Source of the DNA: Thermoplasmata archaeon | GTDB lineage: Archaea; Thermoplasmatota; SW-10-69-26; JACQPN01; JAJPHT01 | Reading direction: 5' to 3' | Assembly: GCA_034667685.1 (NCBI GenBank) | Contig: JAXDQU010000079.1 | Coordinates: 1 to 64,000, forward strand | Length of the DNA stretch: 64,000 nucleotides | Shown here: positions 46,209 through 54,782 of the stretch, piece by piece | Numbering within the stretch: the first letter of the stretch is position 1 | Layout of the letters: the number at the start of each line of letters is the position of its first letter | Position numbers and translations under genes: made by a program | Notes under the pieces: generated by a model | What the model was told of the DNA's origin: nothing | Database searches by the model: none | What the model saw: the letters and a program-made list of their open reading frames with translations, nothing else

Positions 46209-46286
46209 GCCGCAGCGAAGGCCGAAGAACGGTCTCGATAGGCCGGACCGAAGTCCGGCCGTGTCGAGATCGTCCTGCGCACCTGA
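46185..46286 (+). repeat. Duplicated rpsJ 3' end flanking a hairpin insert
   Basis: (I/V)EIVLRT* at 46185-46208 and 46263-46286; hairpin GGCCGGAC-CGAA-GTCCGGCC at 46241-46260. Confidence 0.85.
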
Positions 46287-46540
46287 AATCCCATGCTCGG
46301 GTCCGGCTGGGGCTCCGCCCCAGACCCCGCGATGCGGAGCGCGCGGAGACAGCCTGACACATTCACCTCGTCCGTCGCGGCCTCCGCGCGCCTCGCATCG
46401 CGGTCCAGGGCGGAGCCCTGGCTGCCCGTCTGGACGCCGGCCCTGCGCTCCATTCTTCATCTCCCCTGTCGATTCCCGCCGAGTCGGACGAGGGACGTGA
46501 GGCGACATTTCATATCGAGGACGCGACGCACTTCCGCCGC

Positions 46541-46750
46541 ATGGCCGACCTGCGCGCCTTCCTGGGAAGCAAGTGCCCCTCCTGCCGGAACGACATCCTC
46601 CAGCCGGAGCCGAGCACGAACCGCATGCCCGGCCCGGCGCGCGCCTGGTGCCCTTCGTGCCACGCAAGCCTGAGCGCGGAGGAGCTGGCGGCCGGTCCCC
46701 GGCGCGGCGGCTTGCTCAAGCGCCTCTTCTCCAAGCCGTCGCGGACATAA
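46541..46750 (+). CDS. Small Zn-finger protein
   Basis: CPSC...CPSC; TTCATAT ~30 nt upstream. Confidence 0.7.
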   Translation: MADLRAFLGSKCPSCRNDILQPEPSTNRMPGPARAWCPSCHASLSAEELAAGPRRGGLLKRLFSKPSRT

Positions 46751-46787
46751 CGATAGATTTTCCCGCCCGGCCGGGGCTGCGCGCGCC

Positions 46788-47360
46788 ATGAGCCGCGTCG
46801 CCTTGCTGCGTGCCGGGTATGCGGCGTTCTGCGTCGCGTTCCTCGCCGTGGCCGTGACCATCCAGGGCGTGGGCGTCGCGTTCTTCCTCGGCCTGCTCGC
46901 CGCGCTGGCCGCGGGCTTCCTCCTGGCCTTCTCGCGGGACGAGCTTCCCAAGTGGGCCGGGCTCGCGCTCCTGGCGTACTTCGGCCTCACGATCCTCGCG
47001 TTCCTCGCCGCCACGCCCGTCACGATCGACAAGGGCGGGGGATACTTCGTGAACGACAAGCCCTCCGCGACGTTCCAGGCCGTCTCGGGCTACCTGGTGC
47101 TCGCGTTCCCGATCATGCTCGGCGGCGCCGCGCTGGCGGCTGCGTGGGAGCGCGAGCGCGGGCCCAAGACACTGCTCTTCGCGGCGCTCGCGGCCTCCGT
47201 GGTCTGGGCGGTCCTCTCCTTCGCCCTCCTGCCGCCCAGCGCGCAGGCCACCGCCGCGCAATCGCAGAACCACCTGCTCGACCTTCTCGCCATCGTCGCG
47301 TGCCTCGTGGGCGCGGCGGGCGCGCTCTGGGCCGCGCTGCGCCCCGACGAGTACGCATGA
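46788..47360 (+). CDS. Membrane protein
   Basis: About 6 TM; ATGA-coupled to the next gene. Confidence 0.75.
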   Translation: MSRVALLRAGYAAFCVAFLAVAVTIQGVGVAFFLGLLAALAAGFLLAFSRDELPKWAGLALLAYFGLTILAFLAATPVTIDKGGGYFVNDKPSATFQAVSGYLVLAFPIMLGGAALAAAWERERGPKTLLFAALAASVVWAVLSFALLPPSAQATAAQSQNHLLDLLAIVACLVGAAGALWAALRPDEYA

Positions 47361-47920
47361 TCGCGATCGTGCTCTACGAGGGCGCGAGCGCCTTCGAGGC
47401 CCTGGGCGCGCTGGCCGCGCTCCGCGCCGCGGACGAGCCCGCGAGGCTCGTGGCCGCCGAGGCGCTCGTGCCCACGCGCGAGGGGGCGCGCCTCGTCCCG
47501 CACGCCTTGGGCTACGACGCGCTCGCCGAGGCGCCGGCGGTCGTGCTTCCGGGCGGCGACGTCGCGAAGCCGCTCGCCGACGCCGCGCTCCTGCGCGCGC
47601 TCCGCGCCCGCCGCGGCCGCTGGCTCCTCACCTCGGGGGACGCGCTGCGCCTCGCCGCCGCCGCGGGGTACGCCGAAGGCCGCCGCGTCGCGACGCTCCC
47701 GGGCGAGCCCGTGCTCTCCGGCACGCACGGCGTGGGATCGCGCCTGGTCGCCGACGGCCGTCTCCTGACGTGCTTTCCCGGCGATCCGCTCGTCGACCTC
47801 GTCCTCCACTGGGTCGAGCGCGAGCGCGGAAGCCCTGCCGCCGCGCGCGCCGCGCATGCCCTCGGGCGCGAGCTGCGCACGTTCGCGGAAGGCGCGAAGG
47901 ATGATGCGCCCGCGGCCTGA
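47357..47920 (+). CDS. DJ-1/PfpI family protein
   Basis: IVLYEG...E, VVLPGG, LVADGRLLT; the usual catalytic Cys is not evident. Confidence 0.75.
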   Translation: MIAIVLYEGASAFEALGALAALRAADEPARLVAAEALVPTREGARLVPHALGYDALAEAPAVVLPGGDVAKPLADAALLRALRARRGRWLLTSGDALRLAAAAGYAEGRRVATLPGEPVLSGTHGVGSRLVADGRLLTCFPGDPLVDLVLHWVERERGSPAAARAAHALGRELRTFAEGAKDDAPAA

Positions 47921-47929
47921 TGGCGCCGC

Positions 47930-48385
47930 ATGCCCGTCGACGACCAGATCATGAAGACGCTCCACATCCCCAGGGAGGAGGCGCCCGTCGCGCGCTTGAT
48001 CGGGATGCGCCTCGCGAGCGCGGGCCCGGGCCTCGCGACCTTCGTGCTCGACGTCGACGCGCGCCACCACAACCCGATGGGCAGCGTCCATGGCGGCGTG
48101 CTCGCGGACCTCGCGGACGCGGCGATGGGCTACGCCGTGATCTCGACGCTGGCGGAGGACGAGACGTTCACGACGCTGGAGATCAAGATCAACTTCCTGC
48201 GCCCCGCGTTCGAAGGGCGGCTGCGCTGCCACGCGAAGGTCGAGAGCCGCGGCAAGACGATCGTGTACGCGACGGCGGACGTGCTCAACGACGAGGGCAA
48301 GGTCGTCGCGAAGGCCGTGGGCACCAACCTCGTGCAGAAGCGGCCCGGCGCGACCGACGCGTTCCACCACCGGCCGCGCGGCTGA
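47930..48385 (+). CDS. PaaI family thioesterase
   Basis: HNPMGSVHGGVLADLAD, TTLEIKINFLRP. Confidence 0.92.
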   Translation: MPVDDQIMKTLHIPREEAPVARLIGMRLASAGPGLATFVLDVDARHHNPMGSVHGGVLADLADAAMGYAVISTLAEDETFTTLEIKINFLRPAFEGRLRCHAKVESRGKTIVYATADVLNDEGKVVAKAVGTNLVQKRPGATDAFHHRPRG

Positions 48386-48388
48386 GTA

Positions 48389-48418
48389 GGGCCACAAAAG
48401 TATAAGGAACGGGCCACA
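48389..48418 (+). promoter_or_regulatory. Toxin-antitoxin promoter: TATA flanked by GGGCCACA direct repeats
   Basis: GGGCCACA at 48389-48396 and 48411-48418 around AAAGTATAA; ATG 25 nt downstream. Confidence 0.65.
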
Positions 48419-48429
48419 GGCTCGAAGCC

Positions 48430-48702
48430 ATGCCGCGCGCGGCGACCTCCGGAGGAGATTCAAGCCAACCTCGTCGGCCGAGGAAGGACGTGGCCAGCGT
48501 CATGAAGAAGGTCCGCGTCACGCCGCAGGAGGCGCGCACCCTCGCCCGCCTCGCGAAGCGCCAACGGAAGACGGAGAGCCAGGTCCTGCGCGAGGCGCTC
48601 GCGCGCGCGGACCTGCTGCAACGGCGCGCTGAGGCCGTCGAGAAGCTCATCGCCATGATCGAGGACCCCAAGCCCAAGCGCGTGCCGTGGGGCCTCCGAT
48701 GA
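48430..48702 (+). CDS. RHH/CopG-like antitoxin
   Basis: KVRVTPQEARTLARLAKRQRKTESQVLREAL; ATGA-coupled to a PIN gene. Confidence 0.8.
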   Translation: MPRAATSGGDSSQPRRPRKDVASVMKKVRVTPQEARTLARLAKRQRKTESQVLREALARADLLQRRAEAVEKLIAMIEDPKPKRVPWGLR

Positions 48703-49064
48703 GGATCGTGCTCGACACGGGCGTGTTCTTCCGTCCCGCCGTGCTGCGCGAGCTGGCCGCCGCCGAGGACGCGGACGTCGTCGTGCCCGCGGTCGTGCTC
48801 GCCGAGCGCAGGCGGCAGCTCGCGCTCGCGGGCCGGCGCCCCGAGGAGCTGCTGGAGATCCTGGAGGGCAACGGCTTCGCGATCGAGCCCTTGGGCCGCG
48901 ACGAGGCGATGCGCGTTCCGCTCGCCGACGACGCGCGGTGGCGCCGGCACGCGCGCGACGCCCTCATCGCCTCGCACGTGGGACCGGTCGACGTGCTCTG
49001 GACGACGAACCCGCGCGACTTCCTCGCGTTCGGGCTCGCGCCGGCGCAGGTGCGCGGCGTCTAG
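48699..49064 (+). CDS. vapC: PIN-domain (VapC-like) toxin
   Basis: IVLDT, VVLAE, DALIA, TTN.RDF. Confidence 0.85.
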   Translation: MRIVLDTGVFFRPAVLRELAAAEDADVVVPAVVLAERRRQLALAGRRPEELLEILEGNGFAIEPLGRDEAMRVPLADDARWRRHARDALIASHVGPVDVLWTTNPRDFLAFGLAPAQVRGV

Positions 49065-49134
49065 AACCAGGTTCATGACCTCCTCGGTTGCTGCGAGGTT
49101 TTTCTTTTCATTTTCTGCGTGGCGCTCCGCTTTC

Positions 49135-49189
49135 CGCCATCACGCCAAGACGCCAACAGACCGCGTGTTGGCGTCTTGGCGTGATGACG
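49135..49189. repeat. Palindrome of octamer units (CGCCANNA)
   Basis: 49138-49158 and 49166-49186 form a perfect 21-bp inverted repeat. Confidence 0.88.
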
Positions 49190-49302
49190 GCAAGGGGAGC
49201 CGTGGCCCATCAGGCATTCCTCGCCGCGGAAGGGCGGACGTCGGGCGCAACCACGGGGGAATCCTGCGCGACTGCGACAGAGGTTGTGAAACAGATTCTA
49301 GT

Positions 49303-49437
49303 CCGCCTTGTCGTCGCCGCGCGGCTTTGGCTCGCGGTTGCTGACGTTCTCGGGCCGCGCGCCGTAGCGGCCGGCGTGCGCGCTGCCCTGCGAGCGGCCC
49401 ACGACGCCGCCGCCCGCCTTGTCGTCGCCGCGCGGCT
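49303..49437. repeat. 24-bp perfect direct repeat
   Basis: CCGCCTTGTCGTCGCCGCGCGGCT at 49303-49326 and 49414-49437. Confidence 0.85.
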
Positions 49438-49537
49438 CCTCGACGCCAGCCATCGTGGACTCGTTGCGCGCCTCCAGGTCCTCGAAGCCCCGGAACGAGT
49501 CGTCCGCCGGGCGCAAGGCTTGCGGCCGATGCCTCGT

Positions 49538-50122
49538 TCAGAGCCGGCCGACGCGGGCGTGCCAGGCACGCGCCCCACCCTCGTGCATGCGCGAGAGGAA
49601 GCGCGCCGGCTCGACGGACTCCACGCGCCAGCCCTCGCGGAACGCCTGGTCGATCTCCTCGCGGCGGATCCTGCGCGGCCCGAGCGGGCCGGGCTCGGCG
49701 TCGCTGAAGCAGAGCAGGAGGAGCCTGCCGCCGGGCGCCAGCGCGTCGTGGAGGCTGCGCACGTATCGCGCGCGCTCCGCGTCGTCGAACACGTGGAAGA
49801 GGCCCGCGTCGACCGCGATATCAAAGTGCTGGTCGAGGCGCGCGAGGTCCAGCGCGTCGCCCACGACGAAGCGCGCCGCGAGCCCCCGCGCGGCGGCCTT
49901 GGCGCGCGCCTGCGCGATGGCGAGGTCGACGCCGTCCACGCCCCACGCCTCGTGCCCAAGCTGGGCGAGGAGCGCATGCTCGCCCGTGCCGCAGCCCACG
50001 TCGAGGACGCGCTGGCGCGGCGGGAGCGCGCGCAGGTCGGCGGCGAGCGCGGGCTGCGGCGCGCCGATGTCCCAGGGCGCGCCGCCCGACTCGTAGGCGG
50101 GGCGGAACCGGTCCACGCTCAC
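49538..50122 (-). CDS. Class I SAM-dependent methyltransferase
   Basis: APWDIG.PQP, VLDVGCGTG, DAGLFH; GTGA overlap. Confidence 0.9.
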   Translation of the reverse strand: MSVDRFRPAYESGGAPWDIGAPQPALAADLRALPPRQRVLDVGCGTGEHALLAQLGHEAWGVDGVDLAIAQARAKAAARGLAARFVVGDALDLARLDQHFDIAVDAGLFHVFDDAERARYVRSLHDALAPGGRLLLLCFSDAEPGPLGPRRIRREEIDQAFREGWRVESVEPARFLSRMHEGGARAWHARVGRL

Positions 50123-51693
50123 ACGTCCTTCGCCATGTAGGGGCCCAGACGCGCGTAGCCGAGCTTGGCGTAGTAGGGTCGCACGCCCACGCCCGCGGTG
50201 ACGACGACGCGGCGCTTGCCAAGCTCGCGCGCCAGGTCCTCGGACTCGCGCACGAGCCGCGCGCCGTGCCCCTGGTGCTGATGGAATCCCTCGGGGTGCT
50301 CGCCCAGCGGTACCTCGCTGCCGAAGACCTTCAGCTCGCGCAGGAGCAGCGCGCCGCGGCACTCCTCGCGGTGGGCCGCGGGGCTGGGCTCGCGCAGCCG
50401 CACGAAGCCCGCGATGATGTCGTTCTGCTCGTCCTCCAGCGCGAGGAAGCGCTCGCGGCCGCCCGCGCTCGCGTAGTCGCGCCGGACGAGGCTTAGCGTC
50501 CCGACGCGCCGGCCCTCCTTGTTCTCGACGTGGCCCGCCTCGCGGCAGCGGATGCAGCGGCAGCGCGTGCCCCGCTTCGCCATCTCGGCGTGCACCAGCT
50601 CGCGCAGGTTGAGCTTCTTGACGCCCGCCTCGATGCGCGGCGTCGGGATGTCGCGGTCGATGCGCTGGATGCGCATCCACGGCGGGCACTCGGCCTTCGC
50701 CTCCGCGAGCAGGTCGACGCACTCGGCCTCCTCCAGCGCCCGGAACTTGCCGGCGGCCCAGAGCTTGTGGAGCGGCGTGCCGGGGATCACGAGTGTCGGG
50801 TAGATCTTCAGCATGTCCGGCGCGAAGCGCGGGTCGGAGAACATCGCGCGCAGCGTCGCGAGGTCCATCTCGCGCGTGCTGCCCGGCTGGCCGGGCATGA
50901 CGTGCGCGCAGAGCTTCAGCCCCGCGTCCTTGACCGCCTGGAAGCTCTCCACGGTCTCCTTCATCGTGTGGCCGCGGTGCGTGATCTTCAGCACGTGGTC
51001 GTCGATCGTCTGCACGCCGATCTCCAGGCGCGTGCAGCCCAGCGAGAGCGCGTGGTCGACGTGGGGCGCCAGCGCCCAGTCGGGCTTCGTCTCCAGCGTC
51101 AGGCCGATCATCCGCGCGGGCGCCGACTCGTTGCGCGCCTGCGCCTCGGCCAAGGTGGCGCTCGGCTCGCCCCCGTTGAGCGCGTCGAGCGCCCGCCGCA
51201 CGAACCACGATTGATAACTCGGGTCGCGCGCGGTGAACGTGCCGCCCTGGACGATCATGTCCACCTTGTCGATGGGGTGGCCCGTCTTCGTCAGGTCGGC
51301 GAGCCGCGCCGCGGTCTGGTCGTGCGGGTCGAAGCCGTGCCGGGCCGCGCGGCGGGCGGCGGGCTCGTCGCCGGTGTAGGATTGCGCGGTGCCGAACTCG
51401 GGCCCGCCCGGACAATAGACGCACTTCCCGTGCGGGCACGCCTCGGGGCTCGATTGGATGGTGACGATCGTGACGCCGCTGATGCTGCGCGTGGGCCGGA
51501 TGCGCAGGGCCGGCTCGACGCGGCGGCGCTCCTCCACGGTCGCGTGCGCCAGGATGTCGGCGTTGGTGGGCAGGTGGTCGACGCGAAGCTCGGCGGCGAG
51601 GCGGAGCTTCTCGTTCTGGACGTCGGCGCGGCGGAGCCGGCCCGCGAGGATGCCCTCGACGATCAGCCGAGCGAGGGCCTGCTGCGCTTCCAC
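50119..51693 (-). CDS. elp3: Elp3 radical SAM/GNAT tRNA uridine(34) acetyltransferase
   Basis: CPHGKCVYCPGG, QSYTGDEP, ETKPD, KIYPT, RELKVFG, QHQGHG. Confidence 0.93.
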   Translation of the reverse strand: MEAQQALARLIVEGILAGRLRRADVQNEKLRLAAELRVDHLPTNADILAHATVEERRRVEPALRIRPTRSISGVTIVTIQSSPEACPHGKCVYCPGGPEFGTAQSYTGDEPAARRAARHGFDPHDQTAARLADLTKTGHPIDKVDMIVQGGTFTARDPSYQSWFVRRALDALNGGEPSATLAEAQARNESAPARMIGLTLETKPDWALAPHVDHALSLGCTRLEIGVQTIDDHVLKITHRGHTMKETVESFQAVKDAGLKLCAHVMPGQPGSTREMDLATLRAMFSDPRFAPDMLKIYPTLVIPGTPLHKLWAAGKFRALEEAECVDLLAEAKAECPPWMRIQRIDRDIPTPRIEAGVKKLNLRELVHAEMAKRGTRCRCIRCREAGHVENKEGRRVGTLSLVRRDYASAGGRERFLALEDEQNDIIAGFVRLREPSPAAHREECRGALLLRELKVFGSEVPLGEHPEGFHQHQGHGARLVRESEDLARELGKRRVVVTAGVGVRPYYAKLGYARLGPYMAKDV

Positions 51694-51753
51694 GCCGCGC
51701 CCAGGCCGTTCCTGCCAGAAAAGGTATGCTGCCGCGCCGGGAAGGACGCCACG

Positions 51754-52041
51754 ATGCGCGACGTCGGCGTGGACGAGATCCGAGGCATGAGCGTGCTCGA
51801 CCGCAACGGGATGCGCCTGGGCCACGTCAAGGACGTGACCTTCGATCCCGAGGCGTGGCGCGTCACCGGCCTGCGCGTCGGGCTCGACCGCGAGGCCGCC
51901 GACCGCCTGCGCGTGCCCCATGCGCCGTTGCGGGGCGCGGAGCTGACGTTCGCGGCCGATCGCGTGCGCAGCGTCGGCGACGCCGTCATCCTCAACGTGG
52001 ACGAGCGGGGCATCGCCGACCTGATGATGCGCGGGTCCTAG
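51754..52041 (+). CDS. PRC-barrel domain protein
   Basis: IRGMSVLDRNG..LGHVKDV.FD...VGDAVIL. Confidence 0.85.
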   Translation: MRDVGVDEIRGMSVLDRNGMRLGHVKDVTFDPEAWRVTGLRVGLDREAADRLRVPHAPLRGAELTFAADRVRSVGDAVILNVDERGIADLMMRGS

Positions 52042-52703
52042 GCAAGGGGCCCCAGCGACTCCGCGAAGCCGCGCGAGAGCGTCTCCACGAGCTTCTCGCG
52101 CGAGACGCGCACGCCCTCCTCCGCGAGGCTCGTGACGCGCGTCGTGATATCGCCAGGAGGCGTGCGGAAGAGCCGCGCCATGCGGTCCTCGTCGCGCTCC
52201 ACGATGACCGTGCCGTGCTGGAGGAGCGCCTTGCCGTCGCGCCGCTGCGCCCCGCCGCTGATCTTGCGCCCGTTCACCACGACGTTCGTCCCCTGCCTGC
52301 GCACGTAGCAGAGCGTCTCGCGCGTGTTGTCGGGCACCGTCTCGATCTGCGCGGGGAGGCCCAGGTGCCGCAGCGCGCGCACCACGCCGTCCGACACGAA
52401 CGCGAACGAGCCGGTGATATCACGGGGGAGCCCCGGGTGGTCGAGCGGCAGCACGACGGCGTACGTGACCTCGCTCTCGTTGTGCAGGATCGCGCCCCCG
52501 CCCGTCGCGCGGCGCACGACGTCGAGCCCCCAGGCGCGCGCGGCGTCGAGGTCGACGTCGGCCTCCGTCTGCGAGCGCCCCAGGCTCACCGCGGCCGGGC
52601 GCCAGCCGTACAGGCGCACCGTCGGCGCGCCCTCCGCGAGCAGCGCCTCGTCGCGCGCCATGTTCTCCCGCGCAGGAAGGGGGGCGTCCAGGAGGAGGCG
52701 CAT
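52038..52703 (-). CDS. Lipoate-protein ligase A family (LplA/LipM)
   Basis: NMARDE, RRATGGGAILH, KISGGAQ, LQHGT. Confidence 0.9.
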   Translation of the reverse strand: MRLLLDAPLPARENMARDEALLAEGAPTVRLYGWRPAAVSLGRSQTEADVDLDAARAWGLDVVRRATGGGAILHNESEVTYAVVLPLDHPGLPRDITGSFAFVSDGVVRALRHLGLPAQIETVPDNTRETLCYVRRQGTNVVVNGRKISGGAQRRDGKALLQHGTVIVERDEDRMARLFRTPPGDITTRVTSLAEEGVRVSREKLVETLSRGFAESLGPLA

Positions 52704-52789
52704 GCGGGCCCACGAGGCGGGTCCGACCAAGAAGTTTCCTCAAGCCCGGCCACCAGAACGGCCAAGAGCGCGCACCTTGTGGCACGGAC

Positions 52790-53800
52790 GTGCGAAGGCT
52801 TCTGGCGGCGACGATCGCCCTCGTGGCGCTGGCGGGGTGCCTCACGGCCCCGACCGTCCAGACGGCCCGCGTCGCGCCCCCCGCGCTCCCGGCCTGGCAC
52901 GAGGCGACGCGCCTGCTCGACCTGCCCGCGGGCGACTCGTTCGGCGCCTTGCTCGTCACGTTCGACGCGGGCGACGTGGGCAAGCCGTTCGGCGCGCCCG
53001 CCTACGGGCTCGCGTTCGAGCGCCCCACGATGGGCGACCAGGATTTCATTGAGGCCGACCTCTTCGGCGTCAAGGACGGAAACGCGACGTGGATCGTGAC
53101 CGGATCGAGCTTCGGCCATGGCGTCACCGCGCTGAGCCTCCCTCCCCTCGCGGGCGGCGGCCCGCCCACGGCGCTCTTCGTCCTCTTCGCGCACCTGGCC
53201 CACGCCACGACGCTGCGCGCCGGCGCGTGGACCACGAGCGAGTTCCCGCCGACGCTGCCCAACGCGACCGTCGCCGGCGCATGGACGCGCGCCGGCCCCG
53301 CGCAGGTCTCGTACTTCGTGTCGGGGTATCGCGGCACCGCGTTCTTTTCCGAGAGCCACGACGTCACGCAGTCCGGCACGGGGACAGGCCCGACCGCGCC
53401 GCTCTCCGCGGGCGCGTTCTCCCTCGCCACGCGCCACGCGGCGGGCGGCTTGAGCCTGTCCACCGGCATGGTCCGCCCCACGGCGGGTGCCGGCACCGCG
53501 GACGTCTCGTGGACCTCCGGGGGCAAGACGCAGCGCGGCGCCGCGCCCTTCGCCACCACGCCCGCCGGAGGCCAGATCGCGGACTTCCTCGCGGCGGGCG
53601 CCTCGCCGGACGCGTCGGCCGCGGAGCTCGACCTCACCGGGGCGAGCGCCCTGGACACCGTCATCCTGACGCACGTCACCGGCGACTTCGATGCGGCCGA
53701 GCTGGGCATCGCGGTGACGCCCCAGTACCGCGGACCGGCTTCTCTCCTCGCGACAGGTGCGTGCCTGCGGGCCAGCCCGGCCGCGGCGTGCGAGACCTAG
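52790..53800 (+). CDS. Hypothetical lipoprotein
   Basis: ALAGC lipobox; beta-rich. Confidence 0.7.
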   Translation: MRRLLAATIALVALAGCLTAPTVQTARVAPPALPAWHEATRLLDLPAGDSFGALLVTFDAGDVGKPFGAPAYGLAFERPTMGDQDFIEADLFGVKDGNATWIVTGSSFGHGVTALSLPPLAGGGPPTALFVLFAHLAHATTLRAGAWTTSEFPPTLPNATVAGAWTRAGPAQVSYFVSGYRGTAFFSESHDVTQSGTGTGPTAPLSAGAFSLATRHAAGGLSLSTGMVRPTAGAGTADVSWTSGGKTQRGAAPFATTPAGGQIADFLAAGASPDASAAELDLTGASALDTVILTHVTGDFDAAELGIAVTPQYRGPASLLATGACLRASPAAACET

Positions 53801-53851
53801 GCGACCCCTGCGCCCGAAAGGCTCTTGGCGGGGTCCCGCCTCGGCAGAAGC

Positions 53852-54757
53852 ATGACCGCCTCCGGCCTCTCGAAGCCGCGCTGGCTGCTGCGTCCCCTGC
53901 CCAGCGGGCCGAAGGTCGCGCAGATCCAGGGCCTTCTTGCGGAGCACGGCCTGCACACGGTGTGCGAGGAGGCGCGCTGCCCCAATCGCGGCGAGTGCTG
54001 GAGCCAGGGCGAGGCGACGCTCATGATCCTGGGCGACACGTGCACGCGCGCGTGCCGTTTCTGCGACGTGGCGACGGCGACGAAGGGGCAGATCCTTCCG
54101 ATCGATCCGCTGGAGCCCGCGAAGGTGGCGAACACGGTCAAGACGCTCGGGCTGACGTACGCCGTCATCACGAGCGTGGACCGCGACGAGCTGGAGGATC
54201 AGGGCGCGGACCACTGGGCGCGCACGATCCAGGCGATCCGCTTCCTCTGCCCCGAGACGGTGATCGACGTCCTTCTCCCCGATTTCCGCGGCGATCGCGC
54301 GCTGATCCGGAAGGTCGTCGACGCGAAGCCCCACGTGCTCGCGCACAACGTCGAGACCGTGGAGCGCCTGCAGGACAAGGTGCGCGACCACCGCGCGAGC
54401 TATCAGCAGACGCTCGACGTGCTGCGCGCGTTCAAGGAGATGAGCCCGCGCACGCCCACCAAGAGCGGCGTCATGGCGGGGCACGGCGAGACGCGCGAGG
54501 AAATGATCTCGACGCTGCGCGACCTCCGGGCGGCGGGCGTCGACTTCGTCACCATCGGCCAGTACCTGCGGCCCAGCGAGTGGCACCTCAAGGTCGAGGA
54601 GTTCGTCCACCCCAACGACTTCGTGGCCTACGAGCAGGCCGCCTGGAGCATGGGGTTCAAGCACGTCGTCGCGGGGCCCTTCGTGCGCTCCAGCTACCGC
54701 GCGTGGGAAGTCGAGAAGATCGTGCGCGACGCGCATGGCGCCAGCAAGAACCCTTAA
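53852..54757 (+). CDS. lipA: Lipoyl synthase
   Basis: CEEARCPNRGEC, CTRACRFC, HNVETV, RSSY. Confidence 0.95.
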   Translation: MTASGLSKPRWLLRPLPSGPKVAQIQGLLAEHGLHTVCEEARCPNRGECWSQGEATLMILGDTCTRACRFCDVATATKGQILPIDPLEPAKVANTVKTLGLTYAVITSVDRDELEDQGADHWARTIQAIRFLCPETVIDVLLPDFRGDRALIRKVVDAKPHVLAHNVETVERLQDKVRDHRASYQQTLDVLRAFKEMSPRTPTKSGVMAGHGETREEMISTLRDLRAAGVDFVTIGQYLRPSEWHLKVEEFVHPNDFVAYEQAAWSMGFKHVVAGPFVRSSYRAWEVEKIVRDAHGASKNP

Positions 54758-54782
54758 GGAATCCTGCCTCGCGTGCGCGCGC

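Noticed and set aside
48285-49076. Antisense ORF starting MNLVLDAA with a GGAGG SD, resembling a PIN N-terminus
   Set aside because: It lies entirely antisense to the TA pair and thioesterase end, and the rest reads as shadow sequence.
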